Below, piece by piece: positions 1 to 12,700 of a stretch of DNA of 64,000 bases (position 1 is the stretch's first letter; every line of letters starts with the position of its first letter). Made by a program: the position numbers and the translations under genes. Under the pieces are notes generated by a model. It worked only from the letters and a program-made list of their open reading frames with translations, was not told where the DNA came from and ran no database searches. The stretch comes from Lama guanicoe (taxonomy: Eukaryota): NCBI GenBank assembly GCA_013239625.1, contig MU054187.1, forward strand, positions 24,740,433 through 24,804,432, written 5' to 3'.

Positions 1-644
1 ATGTTAATAGTGGCTCACGTTGGAGAGAAAAAGCTACAGCACCTTGAGGTCACAGCAAGAATCACACAGACCATGTTCTAGAGAAAAGCAGTACTCCACA
101 GAAGTCATTTCTGAAAAAATGACTACATTCTGATCAAATGCATAAGCAGAACCTAGCAGTCAGTCATAGGTATGCAAAGAAGCAAAGATCCCAGAAGAGC
201 CAGCAAAGAGAATACAGACTGGATCAGAAATATCTTTTTGACCATACTAATAAAATAAATACCTTATCAGTTCCTAAAGGAGGAGGAACCCAGGTCAGAC
301 AGTCAGTCTACCTATTTACATTCTGTTTTACACACACATAGTAATAAAATGCCTAGTTTTCATTATGTAATGTTCTCAGTTATTATTAACAAATACGTTA
401 TCTTCACAAAGTCCGGAGTTAAACAATCCCGTCAGATAGTCATAGATCAGCATTAGAACTGGGAGGACGCTGTCAATACAGGCAAACGCCTGCTGCTTAA
501 GGTAGAGAAAACCAGGTAAACAGCACCCTAAAGAACTCAACTTTAATAAAGTTGGTTATATCTATTCATTAACTCTCAGTTTACATCCTTCCAAGAGTAA
601 TTTTTTAAACTTTAAGTGGACATTTTAGTTAAAAGAATACATAC

Positions 645-800
645 CTTTTTGAATTTCTTGAAATTCTTCAGTTGACCATAATCATTATTTACACTTGCTG
701 CGTTTCTGGAGGCAGAGTTACTAACCACCAGTGACCTAAATTCAGTTAGTAACACCTTCCGTGGAAGCACCTCACCATCATCCTTAAGTTCCTCATTATT
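645..800 (-). CDS. NBN: NBN exon 13 ([26 protein letters not shown]...[14 protein letters not shown]11-binding motif)
   Basis: TTGAAG acceptor, AAG|GTATGT donor, 156 nt; NFKKFKK MRE11-interaction motif. Confidence 0.96.
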
Positions 801-1392
801 CTTCAACAGCATTAAGATGAATAGATAAGAAAAAGAAATAAGGATAATTACTCGTTATTTAAGATTCTACAGGAAAAAGTTTAAAACCCCTAAAACAACA
901 GTTAAAAAAAAAAAAAAAGGTTTATTTCTGGCACCTGAACTTTGTATCTGAAATCACATCATCTATTTCAAAACCAGAAAATTATTTACTCAAGTGCTCT
1001 GTAACTTTAGAAACATCTGTATCATACTCATCTATGATAAAAGGCTAAAAATCATAATGGATTTTAAATTTAGCAGCCTATTTTAATAAAAATCATCCCA
1101 ATAAACAATTTATCTTCCTGTATATATTTTCTTGGCAAGAAATACTGTCTTGTTTCTTTTTGTTGAAACCATACACCAAGATTATTACATAATCCATTCT
1201 ACAAGTTCCCACAGACTATGTTTAAGGTTTCCTGGATTTCCAATAGTTTATATTTTTATTATTTTTGACATATTAAAAAAACAATAATTAATTCTGGACA
1301 TGCCACCTCATTAACTGAAAGCCACTTTTTTATTCCAGATTAACACCTATTTTATCAGCCTGAAGATTCCTTCCTTTTGCCAGATAGGATTC

Positions 1393-1458
1393 TTTTTTTC
1401 TTTTTTTTTTAATTTTAACATTTTTTTTATTGAGTTACAGTCATTTTACTATGTTGTT
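1393..1458 (-). mobile_element. very short L1 3'-end fragment
   Basis: T tract plus TTTATTGAGTTACAGTC..., the reverse complement of the same 3' end seen at 12540-12700. Confidence 0.6.
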
Positions 1459-2075
1459 GGATGGCATTCTTTATGTCATTTCCTATTAACTAATTATAGT
1501 TACATATCCACATTGTTACAGTGGCTCAAGGCTGACCATCTTAGTTTTCTAAACTGTTTTATTATACATTCATATGGAAGTTGCTAACAGAACTAAGATA
1601 AAGACAGTCAGGGAGAGATGAAAAAAGGGAACAGTCAAAAGGAAAAGTTCATGTGATATAGACACAATATAATCAGGAACTCTAGTAATGCTGGCCTAAT
1701 ACTTTAGTGTTTTAAGAAAAATATTTCATATCCATTACTCTACTTGATATAAACAACAACCCTGTTGGAAAAGTATCAGTCTGATTTTATAAACAAAAGA
1801 CGAATTTGTAAATGGAAAAATGACTTATTCAAGGTCACATATCTACAGAGCAGAGGGCAGGGAATTACACTCAGGCTTTTCTCCATATTCCTGTGCTATA
1901 TAATGGTTGTAATATGATTTATTCATTTTCAGAGGAAGCACAATTTATGAAATAGACCAAAATTATAGAAAGAAAATCAGTTAATCCTAAGAATGCAGAC
2001 TGAGAGAAATGGATGAAATCACGGTCCATATAAGTCAAATCTTTATAAAAATGAAATAAAATAAAAATTCCTCAC

Positions 2076-2144
2076 AGATAGTTCTTTAGTTGACCATAGT
2101 GATTCTTTCTTGAGTTCACATTTCTTCCCAATTTCATTTTCTTG
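2076..2144 (-). CDS. NBN: NBN exon 12 (QENEIGKKCELKKESLWSTKELS)
   Basis: TTTAG acceptor, TCT|GTGAGG donor, 69 nt, in frame. Confidence 0.95.
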
Positions 2145-2191
2145 CTAAAGAAATAAAAAATATTGTTCATAAGAATTATAAGATAGTACCT

Positions 2192-2423
2192 TTCTTTTTT
2201 TTATTTTATTCAGTTATAGTCAGCTTACAATGTTGTGTCCATTTCTGGTGTACAGCACAGTTTTTCATGTATATATACATGAATATAATATATTCACTTT
2301 CATCTTCTTTTTCACCATGAGCTACTACAAGATCTTGTATATATTTCCTTGTGCTATACTGTAAAACTTGTTTATCTATTCTATATACACCTGTCAGTAT
2401 CTACAAATCTCGAACTCCCAGTC
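2192..2423 (-). mobile_element. 5'-truncated L1 3' UTR with TSD
   Basis: Resembles the 3' end of the L1 at 27.7-34.9 kb; TSD TAAGATAGTACCT (2179-2191) / TAAGACAGTACCT (2424-2436). Confidence 0.85.
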
Positions 2424-5400
2424 TAAGACAGTACCTCCCTGAAAACCTTACAAATACTCATGCTACTGATCCAGCTATTTGACTTCCAAGTATCTTTCCT
2501 AGGGAAAAAATGAGATGAGAATAGAAATACATGTAGAAAAAGACACTGCAGTATTAGTTACAAGAGTAAAGAACTAGAAGCAATCTAAGTTCATGTAAGT
2601 TATATACTTAAAGAATATTTAACAAATGAGAAATGACCATAATGTAAGTGAATAAAAATGGCTGTAAAACTGCATTAACAGTTGATGCCTGCTTAAAAAA
2701 GTAAGACTTTAAAAAAGAAAATACCAAAATATTAACTATGGTAATCTGCAGGGTTATCAACAAGTTGTTGTTATGTTTTTCTTTATTTTCCATATTTCTA
2801 CAAGATTGTGTATGACTTTCAGAGTCAAAAATAAAAACACTTTTCAAGAAGTCTATCTAAATTTTTTTAGAACTGAATTTTAAATCACCCTTAATTCCAG
2901 AAGAAAGACAGTTATTTCGACTGTTCAAGTTATTCATCTGCAATACAACGGACACTGCCTTGTACACAATCACACTATTCTTCATATCCATCTTTCTGGA
3001 CCACGTTCTAAACAAAAGCATTTTCCACAGAGAGCTTTCTAAGACTTTCAGTAAAAACTACAATTTTGGATACAGTAGGAGATGCATATCATTTTACATT
3101 AAATTCTCAATGACTGAGTAATACGAACTCAGGAAAATTTTAACAAGAAAGGGAAGAAAAACAAATGTACCCCGTGCTTGCTTAGGGACTAAAGAGAATT
3201 GATGTTTTTATTTATCAGTAGTAAGAGTAAACATTTCTATTCGAAGCCTGTCGCGTGCCTCTTACTGAGTACTTTCCTATCACCCCATGGAAGCTGTTAT
3301 CACAATGAGAACATTTTACTCCCGTGTCTCCTCATCCTGCCCTGCCCCCTCAAACGTGCTCATCCTCTTACACAAGTTTTTATTTCCTATCTCAGAGAAC
3401 AGACTACAACCTACCCCGACCCCTGGACTGTAAGCGTGGAGATTCTCCTATACTCTGTCCTCATTTCTCATATTGCGTCAATCACCAAGTCCTGGAGATC
3501 CTACCTCCTAAAGGCCTATCAGACTTAACCCTTCAGACTGCCTTTCATGTAAGCACGCCCAATGCCTAGAATAATTAAATAAATGAATAAACGACATACT
3601 GAGAAAGCTGACAAAGGGAGAAGCCAAAGCAGCACAGTGGACCTGTGTTTCTGTCCCAGTTGTCAAAACCTAGCTAAATGACCTCGGCAAGCTACTTAAC
3701 AGCTCCTACTGTCAGTTTCCTTATCTGTTCACTGAGTCTAGTTACTACTTCACTGCAGGATTGCTGTGAACAGCATGGTGGTATCCAGCAAGTGGTAGCT
3801 ATTACTGCTGGGCTTTCAAAGATGCTGCAGTCATAAGAGAGGAAGAAACCTTAATTCAGAACAGAAGGGTAGAATGAGGTGAAGAAGAGAGATTCTGCAG
3901 ACAGTGGGTGCTGTTAAGAGGAGGAACGTTAACAACGATGTGGAGTCATGCTTGCATTTTATGGAGACTGGGAAATTGAAAGTAAAGCCAAAACTCAAGC
4001 ACAGCTGTCATTTATATAAAGATAAGATCCTGGCAGGGGTATCTAGCCCACAGCTTTCTATTTCAGCTTATAGGAAATCTTAAAGACATGCTAAAATCCA
4101 TATTTAAATCCCCAAATAGAAAAATGGTAGGTCTGTCATCAACATATTTTAGAAACTGTCCTTCTGAAATACAGCTAAGGAATCCACGTCAGAGAGAAAT
4201 ATCACATTTCTGCCTTCTTAAAATTGCAAAAAGTTTTTGAAATAAAAGGATTAAAAAATATTTTTTTCTTATAATCACTTCTTTAGGTAGAAAAATCAGG
4301 AGTAATTCTTTTAATCTACAAGAATCCACAAGAGCTTTCAGACAAGTTCTTGAAATGGTAAAAGTGGAAGAATTAAATGTAATCTCACACTGTCTGAGTC
4401 AGGCTGATGAGCTGCGCCCACATCAGCTTCCTGGCTGCGACTCCGCCCTGAAGTTACGCAAGACGTTACAGTTAGGGAAACGGTGAAAGGCACATGAAAT
4501 CTTTCAATACAGTTTCTTACACCTGCATGTCAATCAGCAATTCTTTCGAAATAAAAAGTTTTAAAAAATTATTTTACATTGAAAGCAAAAATACTTTGGT
4601 AACATGGTTCTTACTAAAAAAGTAATATTGCTAGAATAGTGATTTAGCTTTTAGAATATCCAGAAGTGTGTCACAACCAAACTGCTATTCATCCTCCAAA
4701 AGTCTGCTACAACATATTTATGTTGCACCATATTTTTATTCAGAACATCATGAATTCTAAAATAGTAAAATAAGGACAGGAAATCATGCTACAGAATCAA
4801 AGAGCAAAATAAAATAATTATTTTCCCTGATAGCATTATATAACATGTAAACATTGGCTACTGAATGAGAGGCCTTTTCAGGTCCATAAAAAACTGTTTA
4901 ATGATTCCCATACCACTGGCATATGGTGCTCACTTTTCGTCTCCCGATCTGGGCTCTAACTCCTTGGGTAATATGAGTCCTGGGGGAATGTGCGGTCAAA
5001 GTAGGTATATAGGAAGATTGATTAGCAGCCAAACAGGATGCACCAAAGAGTTCTGTGACTAAAACCACAACCACTGCCAGACCGGGCTGTGGCCATTGTA
5101 GTAGTAAACCCATCTGGGATAGAGTTTAAGAAAAAGAAAAAAGGCTATTTGAAAAAGATTAAGTTATGTAAAAGGACAAAGAGACTAGAAAAAGAAAGTA
5201 AGAATATATCAGGAAAAAACAGAAATAAATACAGGAGGAAAGGCTCCTACAAGGGAAAGGTATGACCAAAATAATATAAACAGGGCCTACCTTTCTAAAG
5301 GCTAAACACTTACAATATTAAGTAGCCTCAATACAGATTCTGGAACAGCCTGGAGCTAAAGTGACATGGGAACCCATAATGTCAACAGAATAAACATATC

Positions 5401-5669
5401 TTTATAAAGAGATATAAATAAATTTACGAAACTTAGGAAATCACCCTTTGGATTTCACCAAATGCCACATTAAACTAACTTACTGAGGTAACTTACCCAG
5501 CGGAAGATGCTACAGAAGTGACTCAGAGGACACATAAACCACCTGGTTCTATTAACCTCTTCTGGAAAGTGCCCGCTAATCTTAAATCTTTACTAGTAAA
5601 AGGCTCCTCTGTCTCTGGAGTCCCCAGTCTGGCTGGAAGGTATCTCAGCTGGAAGGTGTCTCACTCTCT

Positions 5670-6095
5670 CTCTTCCTGACAATGTGACTCTAAGTTTGTT
5701 AGAGGCAGCCACGTGCTAAGCTTCAAACACTTCCCAGACTCTCTTGCAAATTGAGGGTGAGGGCTGGGGGCAGCACAGAGCGTGACCACTCCCGGCCAGC
5801 AACCCAAGTTATCAAGTGGGGTTTCTGAGAAAGCTCCTTAGATAAGTGTGGGCAGGAACTCACAGGCGCTCTGCCCTGTCCCCTCCCCACTTTGTCCTAC
5901 CTCCTAGGAAAGCTAACACGATGGCTAGAGGTGCAATCTCCTAAAACAGAAAGGCAGACGCTAGGAAATTAACGCCATGGAACTACCACGCAGCTTTGGT
6001 TACCTGCTTCTGGGCATCCTTTGCAGGAAAAAAATAACCCTATCTTATTTAAGCCACTGATTTTAGAATTTTTTAGAGACAGCAAAAGGAATCCT
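5670..6095 (+). mobile_element. old ERVL-type solo LTR (LTR33-like)
   Basis: 3' end ...TTATTTAAGCCACTG...CTTAACTAATACA typical of ERVL/MaLR LTRs; family from recall. Confidence 0.5.
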
Positions 6096-7133
6096 TAACT
6101 AATACAAGGGGGAAAATATTTCTGGGAAGAAAACTGGATGTAACGAGTCAGGATCTCTGGGGCTTTGGTCTGGGAGTCCCTATTTTTAAAAAGCTCACCA
6201 GGTGATTCCGAGGCAGCTGGTCCACGAAAGGGCTTTAAGTATTCACTCATAAGAAATAACAAATAATGAGGATTTTCTCCTTCATGTGATGATGTCAAAA
6301 TATAGGCTAAACAGGACATACGTTTTTATTTTCCAATAGTAGTTACAGATTTAAGTAGTGCTTGATACACACTAGGTTCTCAACAAATGAATACTGAATC
6401 ATTGTATCTTCCAATGACTTAAATTCTCACTCATCCTTTTACTTAGCCCCTTCCTTATCTAGTAGCCATTTCTAGGAGGGGCTGCTATGAGTAAGAGTGG
6501 AGCTAACAGACCCATGTGAGCAGTCAGAACGGCAAATTTTCACTTCACGAGGTCTGTGCTCTCACTTAATGAGCTAACTCGTCTACCAATAGCAGGTAAC
6601 TGGCTGATGAATAAAGCAGGAAACAATCTGAAGTTCTCTTGGACCAAAGTGGGTAAGACAAACTACCAACATTCACGAGAACAGGCTGAAGACGTTAAAA
6701 ATAAAAATGAAAATAAAAATTCCTAATGATCTGATACGTCTTCTACCCAAAAACTTTCTTAGTAGATACTTTGTGTTTACTAATTTTCTTTATCTTTCTG
6801 TCCCTGTTTACTCTATTAAAATATCTCCTATATTCACCATCATGGCCAAATGTCTGGTTTAATAGTATAGCTTGGAAATCTATTAGAACAATTATGAATA
6901 ACAGTTGTATTTGTTGTCGTTTATTACAACACTGTCAAAGAATCACACTATTTTGAACATTTCCCTTATCAACCAACAAATTCTTATACCTAATACTAGG
7001 TGTAGAAGACATTAATTTTTCTCCCCCCAAAAAAATCATGAAAATGGTCATACTGTCAATGCAAATATCTAAAGTACTTTTTAACATTCTAAGTTTCTAT
7101 TTGCAATACTTCTTATTAAAAAATGTTACTTAC

Positions 7134-7578
7134 AGAGATTTTGTTACTTTCTGGTCTTGCTTCATCATTAAAAGTGCCATTTGTTTCCAGATCCAATCGT
7201 GGCCTTTTTCTAATATTGACATCTTCCTCTTGTTTCTGAACTTTCACTTCCATTTCTAACTCTGGTTTTATGTTTTTGAATAACTCTTCCAATACTTCAT
7301 CTTCTATGGCTAAGTCATCAATTTCTTTTCTTTTTTCTGATCTTAGTTTTTCTGTAGAAAGAGATTTAGTGGCAGAATTTTTCACAGTGGATTTTAAATC
7401 TACATCTGCAAACGAGCTATCTGTTTCTTTTCCCACAGGCTCATTCTGAGATAGGTGCTGCTCCTTTCTTGTCCACATTGAGGGTGTGATAGGCTGTGTT
7501 TGCTCTAAAAGAGAACAAGACATTTCTATTCTTGCTGATTTAGATAAAGACATTTCTTGATTTTCTTCATCTCTTTCC
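7134..7578 (-). CDS. NBN: NBN exon 11 ([18 protein letters not shown]...EVLEELFK...RKRPRLD...SNKIS)
   Basis: CTAAG acceptor, TCT|GTAAGT donor, 445 nt; lies within ORF 7116..7616. Confidence 0.96.
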
Positions 7579-9302
7579 CTTAGATTCAAAAAAAGGAGAC
7601 AAGAAAACAAAAACAAAAAATGAACACAGCTAAGTTAATTTCTCAGTTTGGCAATATTCACCCCCTTCCTCCCTTGACTGGCAATATTTTTTGTCTTGCT
7701 GAGTAACAGAATCACTGGAAACTAAAAACAGACATCTGAAACAGCACATAATTCATACACACTCTGCTGTTTTGACAGGACTGATCAACCCCATGGCTAA
7801 AACAACAGGGAGGCTGCTGAAGCAGCAGCAGGTGAGAATCAATGTGGAGGAAAGGGCAGAAAAATACAAAATACAAAAGACTTGTTGTCAAGGAACAATA
7901 GCTTCCTTTATAATGTAGGGAACTTGTGGGCAGGGAAAAATTACCCTGCGAATAAAACTAGACGAGTTAATGAGAGCTGGACTCAAGACAGGAAGTCAGA
8001 GCAGCTATAATCCAGAACACAGCACAGACTATCTATTGCAAGTAATATGTGCTGTGTGACTCAGGGTATTCTATAAAACACTGTATCATTCATTCAATAA
8101 GTACTGAATACCTGACTTGTTTAAATTGTACTGAGGTCCAGAGAGGGCACAGAAACTTGGGTCTCTGTTCTGCAGCTTACTGGATCCACGGTGAACTAGA
8201 ACAGTTAGGGTGATATTCTAGTAATACTAATCTTATGCCAGGGTACTGAACACACCAGTCAAGAGGCTTTAGTAATAATTTAGGTGGTCAGAATTAGAAC
8301 CAGGGAGCCAGCAAAACAAACAGATGGAAAGGGTAGGGGGGGATTTATAAGACAACGGAAAGAAAAAAAGAATCAACATCACTGGTTTGGGGAGGCAGAA
8401 AGAGTAAAAGGTTTTGACCAAGTGACTTACTAACAAAAAATATATACAATGCCGTGACAAAGGAGAAAAAACTTTAGGCCTATTATTAGGGAAAACAGCA
8501 GGAAATTTCTGTGGAAAAGTAGAAGTGATGCTCAAGTAAGGATAAGTTAGGACAAAACATATTGATCATCTATAATGAAGTTATGAAGCCCTGAGGCACA
8601 GCACACACAGTAGGAGGAAGAGAAGTCCTCAAAGGGAGCAATGGAGAAGGTCAGAGAATAGGGACAGGCCACTGTCACAGACGCTGAGAAGAGACGGCAA
8701 GGTGGACAGATGCAAGAGTTGAATGTTACCAAAAGGCCACTAGAGTTGGCAACTGTGTCAATAATTACTTTCAAGGATGTCATGTCAAGATGACATGTGA
8801 GTTAAGAAATATTTCACACAGAAATAGGAGCAATAATAATAGTCTCCTTTTTTGAGAAGTTTAACAGGGATTATAAAAGACAAAAGGCAGCAGCTAAAGG
8901 AAGAAATTAAGTCAAGGGAAGGTTTTAAAAAACAAAAATGAGACAGAGCCTCTGAATACAGAATAAAAGAGCCTAGATATTAAAAGTGCTAGAAATTGGG
9001 AGAAAAACTGATGAAGCATCGTCCTAGAGGGATGAGAGAGGTGACTAAGGGAATCAGTTGGTCAAAAAACTCAGGTGTGGGAAAGCTCTTCTCCACGAGA
9101 AGTACAGAAATGAAACCCAGAGAAGCTAAGGTACGGAAGAGACAAGGCGAGGGAGGCTAACTACAGTGAAGAAGATCTGGGCATCTCTGAGAGGACGTGA
9201 GCTCAAAGGCTTTCCTCGGAAGCATGCTTAGGCAGAACACAGACTAAATACCAATCTACATATTAAACGTTTTAGAGACACAGAGTCTTATTTAAAAAAT
9301 AC

Positions 9303-9578
9303 CTTTTTTGGGTGGATGGCTTAAAGTAGTTTTTGATGGAGTTGGTCTGCAGTTGCTGAGAAGCCCGATCTCCACTTCTATTTGCACCTGGGAGTTTAGC
9401 TGGCGAAAGCTGGTAGTTCGGGACTGCCGTCCTGACCAGAGTATGTGACACTGGACTCTTACTAGTAGCGCTTACTCTGGGGGGCTCCCTCACAGTGGAT
9501 GTTTCTTGTGAAGGCAGTCTGAATTTTTGTTCCATTCCAAAGATTTTGATTTCTTTTGGCTTTTCACTCAAATCCATG
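9303..9578 (-). CDS. NBN: NBN exon 10 ([11 protein letters not shown]...PSQE...YQLSPAKLP...[13 protein letters not shown])
   Basis: TACAG acceptor, AAG|GTATTT donor, 276 nt; lies within ORF 9272..9634; YQLSP motif. Confidence 0.96.
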
Positions 9579-9964
9579 CTGTAGCAAAAAAATAAGAATA
9601 CAAGGTAAACAATCAAGTTTATAGCAATTTTCATCTAGAACAAAGTCCTTTAAAGTAGTACTAATATAATATAGCTTTAGGTCATAATTATCTCGAGACA
9701 ACAGTTTGGTGAATATATTTTACTATCTCAAGAAAGCAGGTCCTTTCTCATCAAAGCCACCTGAAGTCAGATGACACCTTTCTCTTCTTCATCCCTGACA
9801 GCACACACTGTCAGGCATGCTCCACTATTAAAAACACACATGGAATATTAACCTAGTACCCTATTATAAATTAAACCAGGTCATATACCTAAGTAACTTT
9901 CTGCTTTGTTTAACATTTTAAAATTATTTCCACACAAAAAAATTAATTTAACAAATGGAAACTT

Positions 9965-10103
9965 AAAAATTTTTTTTTTAAATTTTGGTGGTAAAGGAGG
10001 TAATCAGGTTTATTTATTTTCAGAGGAGGTACTGGGGATTGAACCCAGGATCTCATGTATGGTAAGCATGTGCTCTACCACATGAGCTACACGCTCCCCC
10101 CCA
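9965..10103 (-). mobile_element. tRNA-derived SINE (camelid Vic-1-like)
   Basis: Minus strand GGGGGAGCGTGTAGCTCATGTGGTAGAGC...GGGTTCAATCCCCAGTACCTCC with A/B boxes and an A-rich tail; TSD AAATGGAAACTT at 9953-9964 and 10104-10115. Confidence 0.88.
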
Positions 10104-10819
10104 AAATGGAAACTTTTTATTAGAAAAAGAATGAGCTGTCATTCCTGTATCATAGATAATGGGGTATTTAGGTCACTTAAGATGAACTGCTATGGTTATA
10201 TTCCAGCCAGATGCAAGTCTCTAGAATAAAACCCTAGATCATCAGAAAACTATTTTAAACACACACACACAGGACTACAATGTCTGGCTGAATGTATACT
10301 GACTTTCTATTCTCATGTCACACAAAAACAAAGCTGTCACTCAAGTGACTTTCAAAATGTTAATAGTTTCTCTTTAAAAGTTACACCTGGTTTGAATACA
10401 AACTGTGAGTGTAGCAAAAATTTAAATATGGTCTAATATAGTGATATAAGTATCTTTATATATGAAGAGGTCATTATGGATTATTTAAAATAAAATACAC
10501 TGTCTTACATGAAAAACATAGAGTAAGTAAGTACTACAAAAACCCCAAGATACAAAAAAAAAAAAAGCTTCAAACAGAGAACCACTAAAAAACTATCTTT
10601 ATGAACAAATATTGATTATTTAGATAGATACTACAGATAGCCAGGTACACACATATTAAGTATCTTCAAAATTGTAAGAAATGTACAAATACAGGTAACA
10701 TCACATAATACAAAGAAATTTATTTCAAATTAATTTCACCAGTCACAAATAAAATAGTATAATCCTTTATAGTTTTCTATGTACACCTGTGAGGGGAAAA
10801 AAAAAATCTTACAATTAGA

Positions 10820-11039
10820 CAGGAGCTGGCAAACTATGGCCTGCATGGCCAAATCTGGCCTGCCACTTTCTGCAAACTAACTTTTACTGGAGCACAGCCA
10901 CACTCACATTCACTACATGTTGTCTGTGGCTGCTTTCATGCCACAGCGGCAGAGCTGAGTAGCTAATGACAGAGATCATGCCCCACAAAGCCAAAACTAT
11001 TTATTCTCTAGTCCTTTATGGGAAGTTTGCTGATCCCTG
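10820..11039. mobile_element. MER58A-like hAT-Charlie DNA transposon
   Basis: CAGG...GGCAAACT / AAGTTTGC...CCCTG terminal inverted repeats, ~220 bp, characteristic internal GGCCAAATCTGGCCTGCC. Confidence 0.8.
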
Positions 11040-11181
11040 TCCCAAAATATTATTTTCCCCAGCATCCCACTTTCCCACACTTTATCTTCCAAAAGATGAC
11101 TTGATAAAGGCACTGAGTTTACTCTTGAATGTCCTGTTAATTTACTGATAGAATGATAGTCTGTCAACAATAAAGCTTTAC

Positions 11182-11311
11182 CATGTATCTGCTTGTTCTG
11201 ATTCTGTGTCAGCTACGTATGCTGTCGTGCTCACCGCGACACCTGGCGTTAGGTTTCCACTGCCTGAGAAGCCTTGGGAAGGACTTGGCCCTGGAGTTGT
11301 CGTCTTCAGTC
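11182..11311 (-). CDS. NBN: NBN exon 9 ([15 protein letters not shown]...[13 protein letters not shown])
   Basis: TACAG acceptor, ATG|GTAAAG donor, 130 nt; SQ equivalent to ATM site S343. Confidence 0.96.
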
Positions 11312-11939
11312 CTGTAAATCAGACAAGAGCAAGAAAGAATCACAACTGCTAGACACAAGATGGACATCTGGTCACTTAAGCATCGTTAAGGCTGTGCCAC
11401 GTTGAGGGAATGAAGTAGGTAACACAGCACACGTTGTCTCCAGTCAGTGGAGCCAACAAATACTTAATGAAACAGCCTGAAAGCAGACTGCTGGCATCTC
11501 GATAGGCTTATTCGAACCAAATTATTTTAAAGCTACATCATTTCCTTTGTGTTGAAGTACTACCAACTTAAATAAAAATACAATCAACTTAAATTTTAAT
11601 TCAAATTATGCTGTAAGTCAGGAGACCAAAAAATTACATTTTTTCCCCACAGAAAGTATATCTAGTCTACTATTCTACACAATTCAAAATCAATGTGAAT
11701 TTAATTTTCAGAAGGAATACGCTACTTGAAAAGACAAAGTTTTAAACTTAAATTTTTCGACTACTCCAGAAAACCATACTGAGGATTTCATCATTTTATT
11801 TACCAGAACAGCAACTTCATCCAAGTGCCACTCTTCTGGCACACTTTTCCTAACCCTCCCACACTGAATCAGGTGCCCTCATTCTGGATCCCATCCCACC
11901 CTTGACATCATTCCCTTAACTTCTAATACACTCTACTTA

Positions 11940-12130
11940 ACTCTGTGACACTAGCTGTGTGGCCTGCGTTACTCAGTCCATCTATGTCTTAGTGTCCTCA
12001 TCTATGAAATGAGGATGCATATAACACTTTCCTCACATGTTGTTTTAAGGGCAAAATGAACTGGCATGTGGACAGCACTAAGAAGTGCTTATAACAAAGT
12101 AAGCACTATGCAAGTGTTAGCCATTATTTG
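11940..12130 (+). mobile_element. MIR SINE
   Basis: CTAGCTGTGTGGCCT...CCTCATCTATGAAATGAGGAT...AAGCACT MIR core. Similar MIR relics lie near 3640-3800, 14980-15170, 20650-20890 and 61260-61710. Confidence 0.7.
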
Positions 12131-12539
12131 TCACCACATTGTACTCGTTTACTTTCCCTTATTAGACTTAGAGCCTTCTTGAGAACACAGTCTTACTCAT
12201 TTCTACATCTCCAGTCTCTGAGCAATGTTTGGTATACAGTGGACATAAACAAGTTTACAAAATTAAACTGGGAACTAAATTTTTTTTTGAAAGTTGACAT
12301 TTACTAGTATCAAAGCTAAATATCACTGTTAGGTACTCATGACATAGGATGTGTTTAATAAATGTTTATTACTGATTCCAATTCAGGTGTTTAAATTACT
12401 TCTGCCACTCTCCTTATCTGACCACCTTAAAAGCTCCAGAGGCATTTCCTTAAACACACATATCTGTAAAATTCATTTTAGCTTAGAGTTTAGTTTGCAA
12501 AAATAATAATTACAAATGCTTATATAATCACTAAAAGAA

Positions 12540-12700
12540 TATAGCACAGAGAAATAGATACAAGATCTTGTGGTAGCTCACAGCGAAAAGAAAATGTGAC
12601 AATGAATATATGTATGTTCATGTATAACTGAAAAATTGTGCTCTACACTGGAATTTGACACAACATTGTAAACTATTAACTCAATAAAAAATGTTTAAAA
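12540..12700 (+). mobile_element. 5'-truncated L1 3' end with TSD
   Basis: Ends AATAAAAAATGTTTAAAA; perfect TSD AATCACTAAAAGAA at 12526-12539 and 12701-12714. Confidence 0.85.

Noticed and set aside
4403..4431. CTGATGA followed by a GCTG...CAGC stem, resembling a hammerhead ribozyme core or snoRNA C box
   Set aside because: The stem is followed by TTCC, not the required GAAA; there are no matching stems I/III; it is antisense to the host gene.
7579..7616. Hydrophobic N-terminal extensions on exon-containing ORFs (also 9579-9634)
   Set aside because: These are translated polypyrimidine tracts upstream of splice acceptors, not signal peptides.
9965..10103. tRNA-like sequence with A and B boxes
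   Set aside because: It has an AT-rich tail, a TSD and a second copy at 59119-59204, so it is a SINE, not a tRNA gene.
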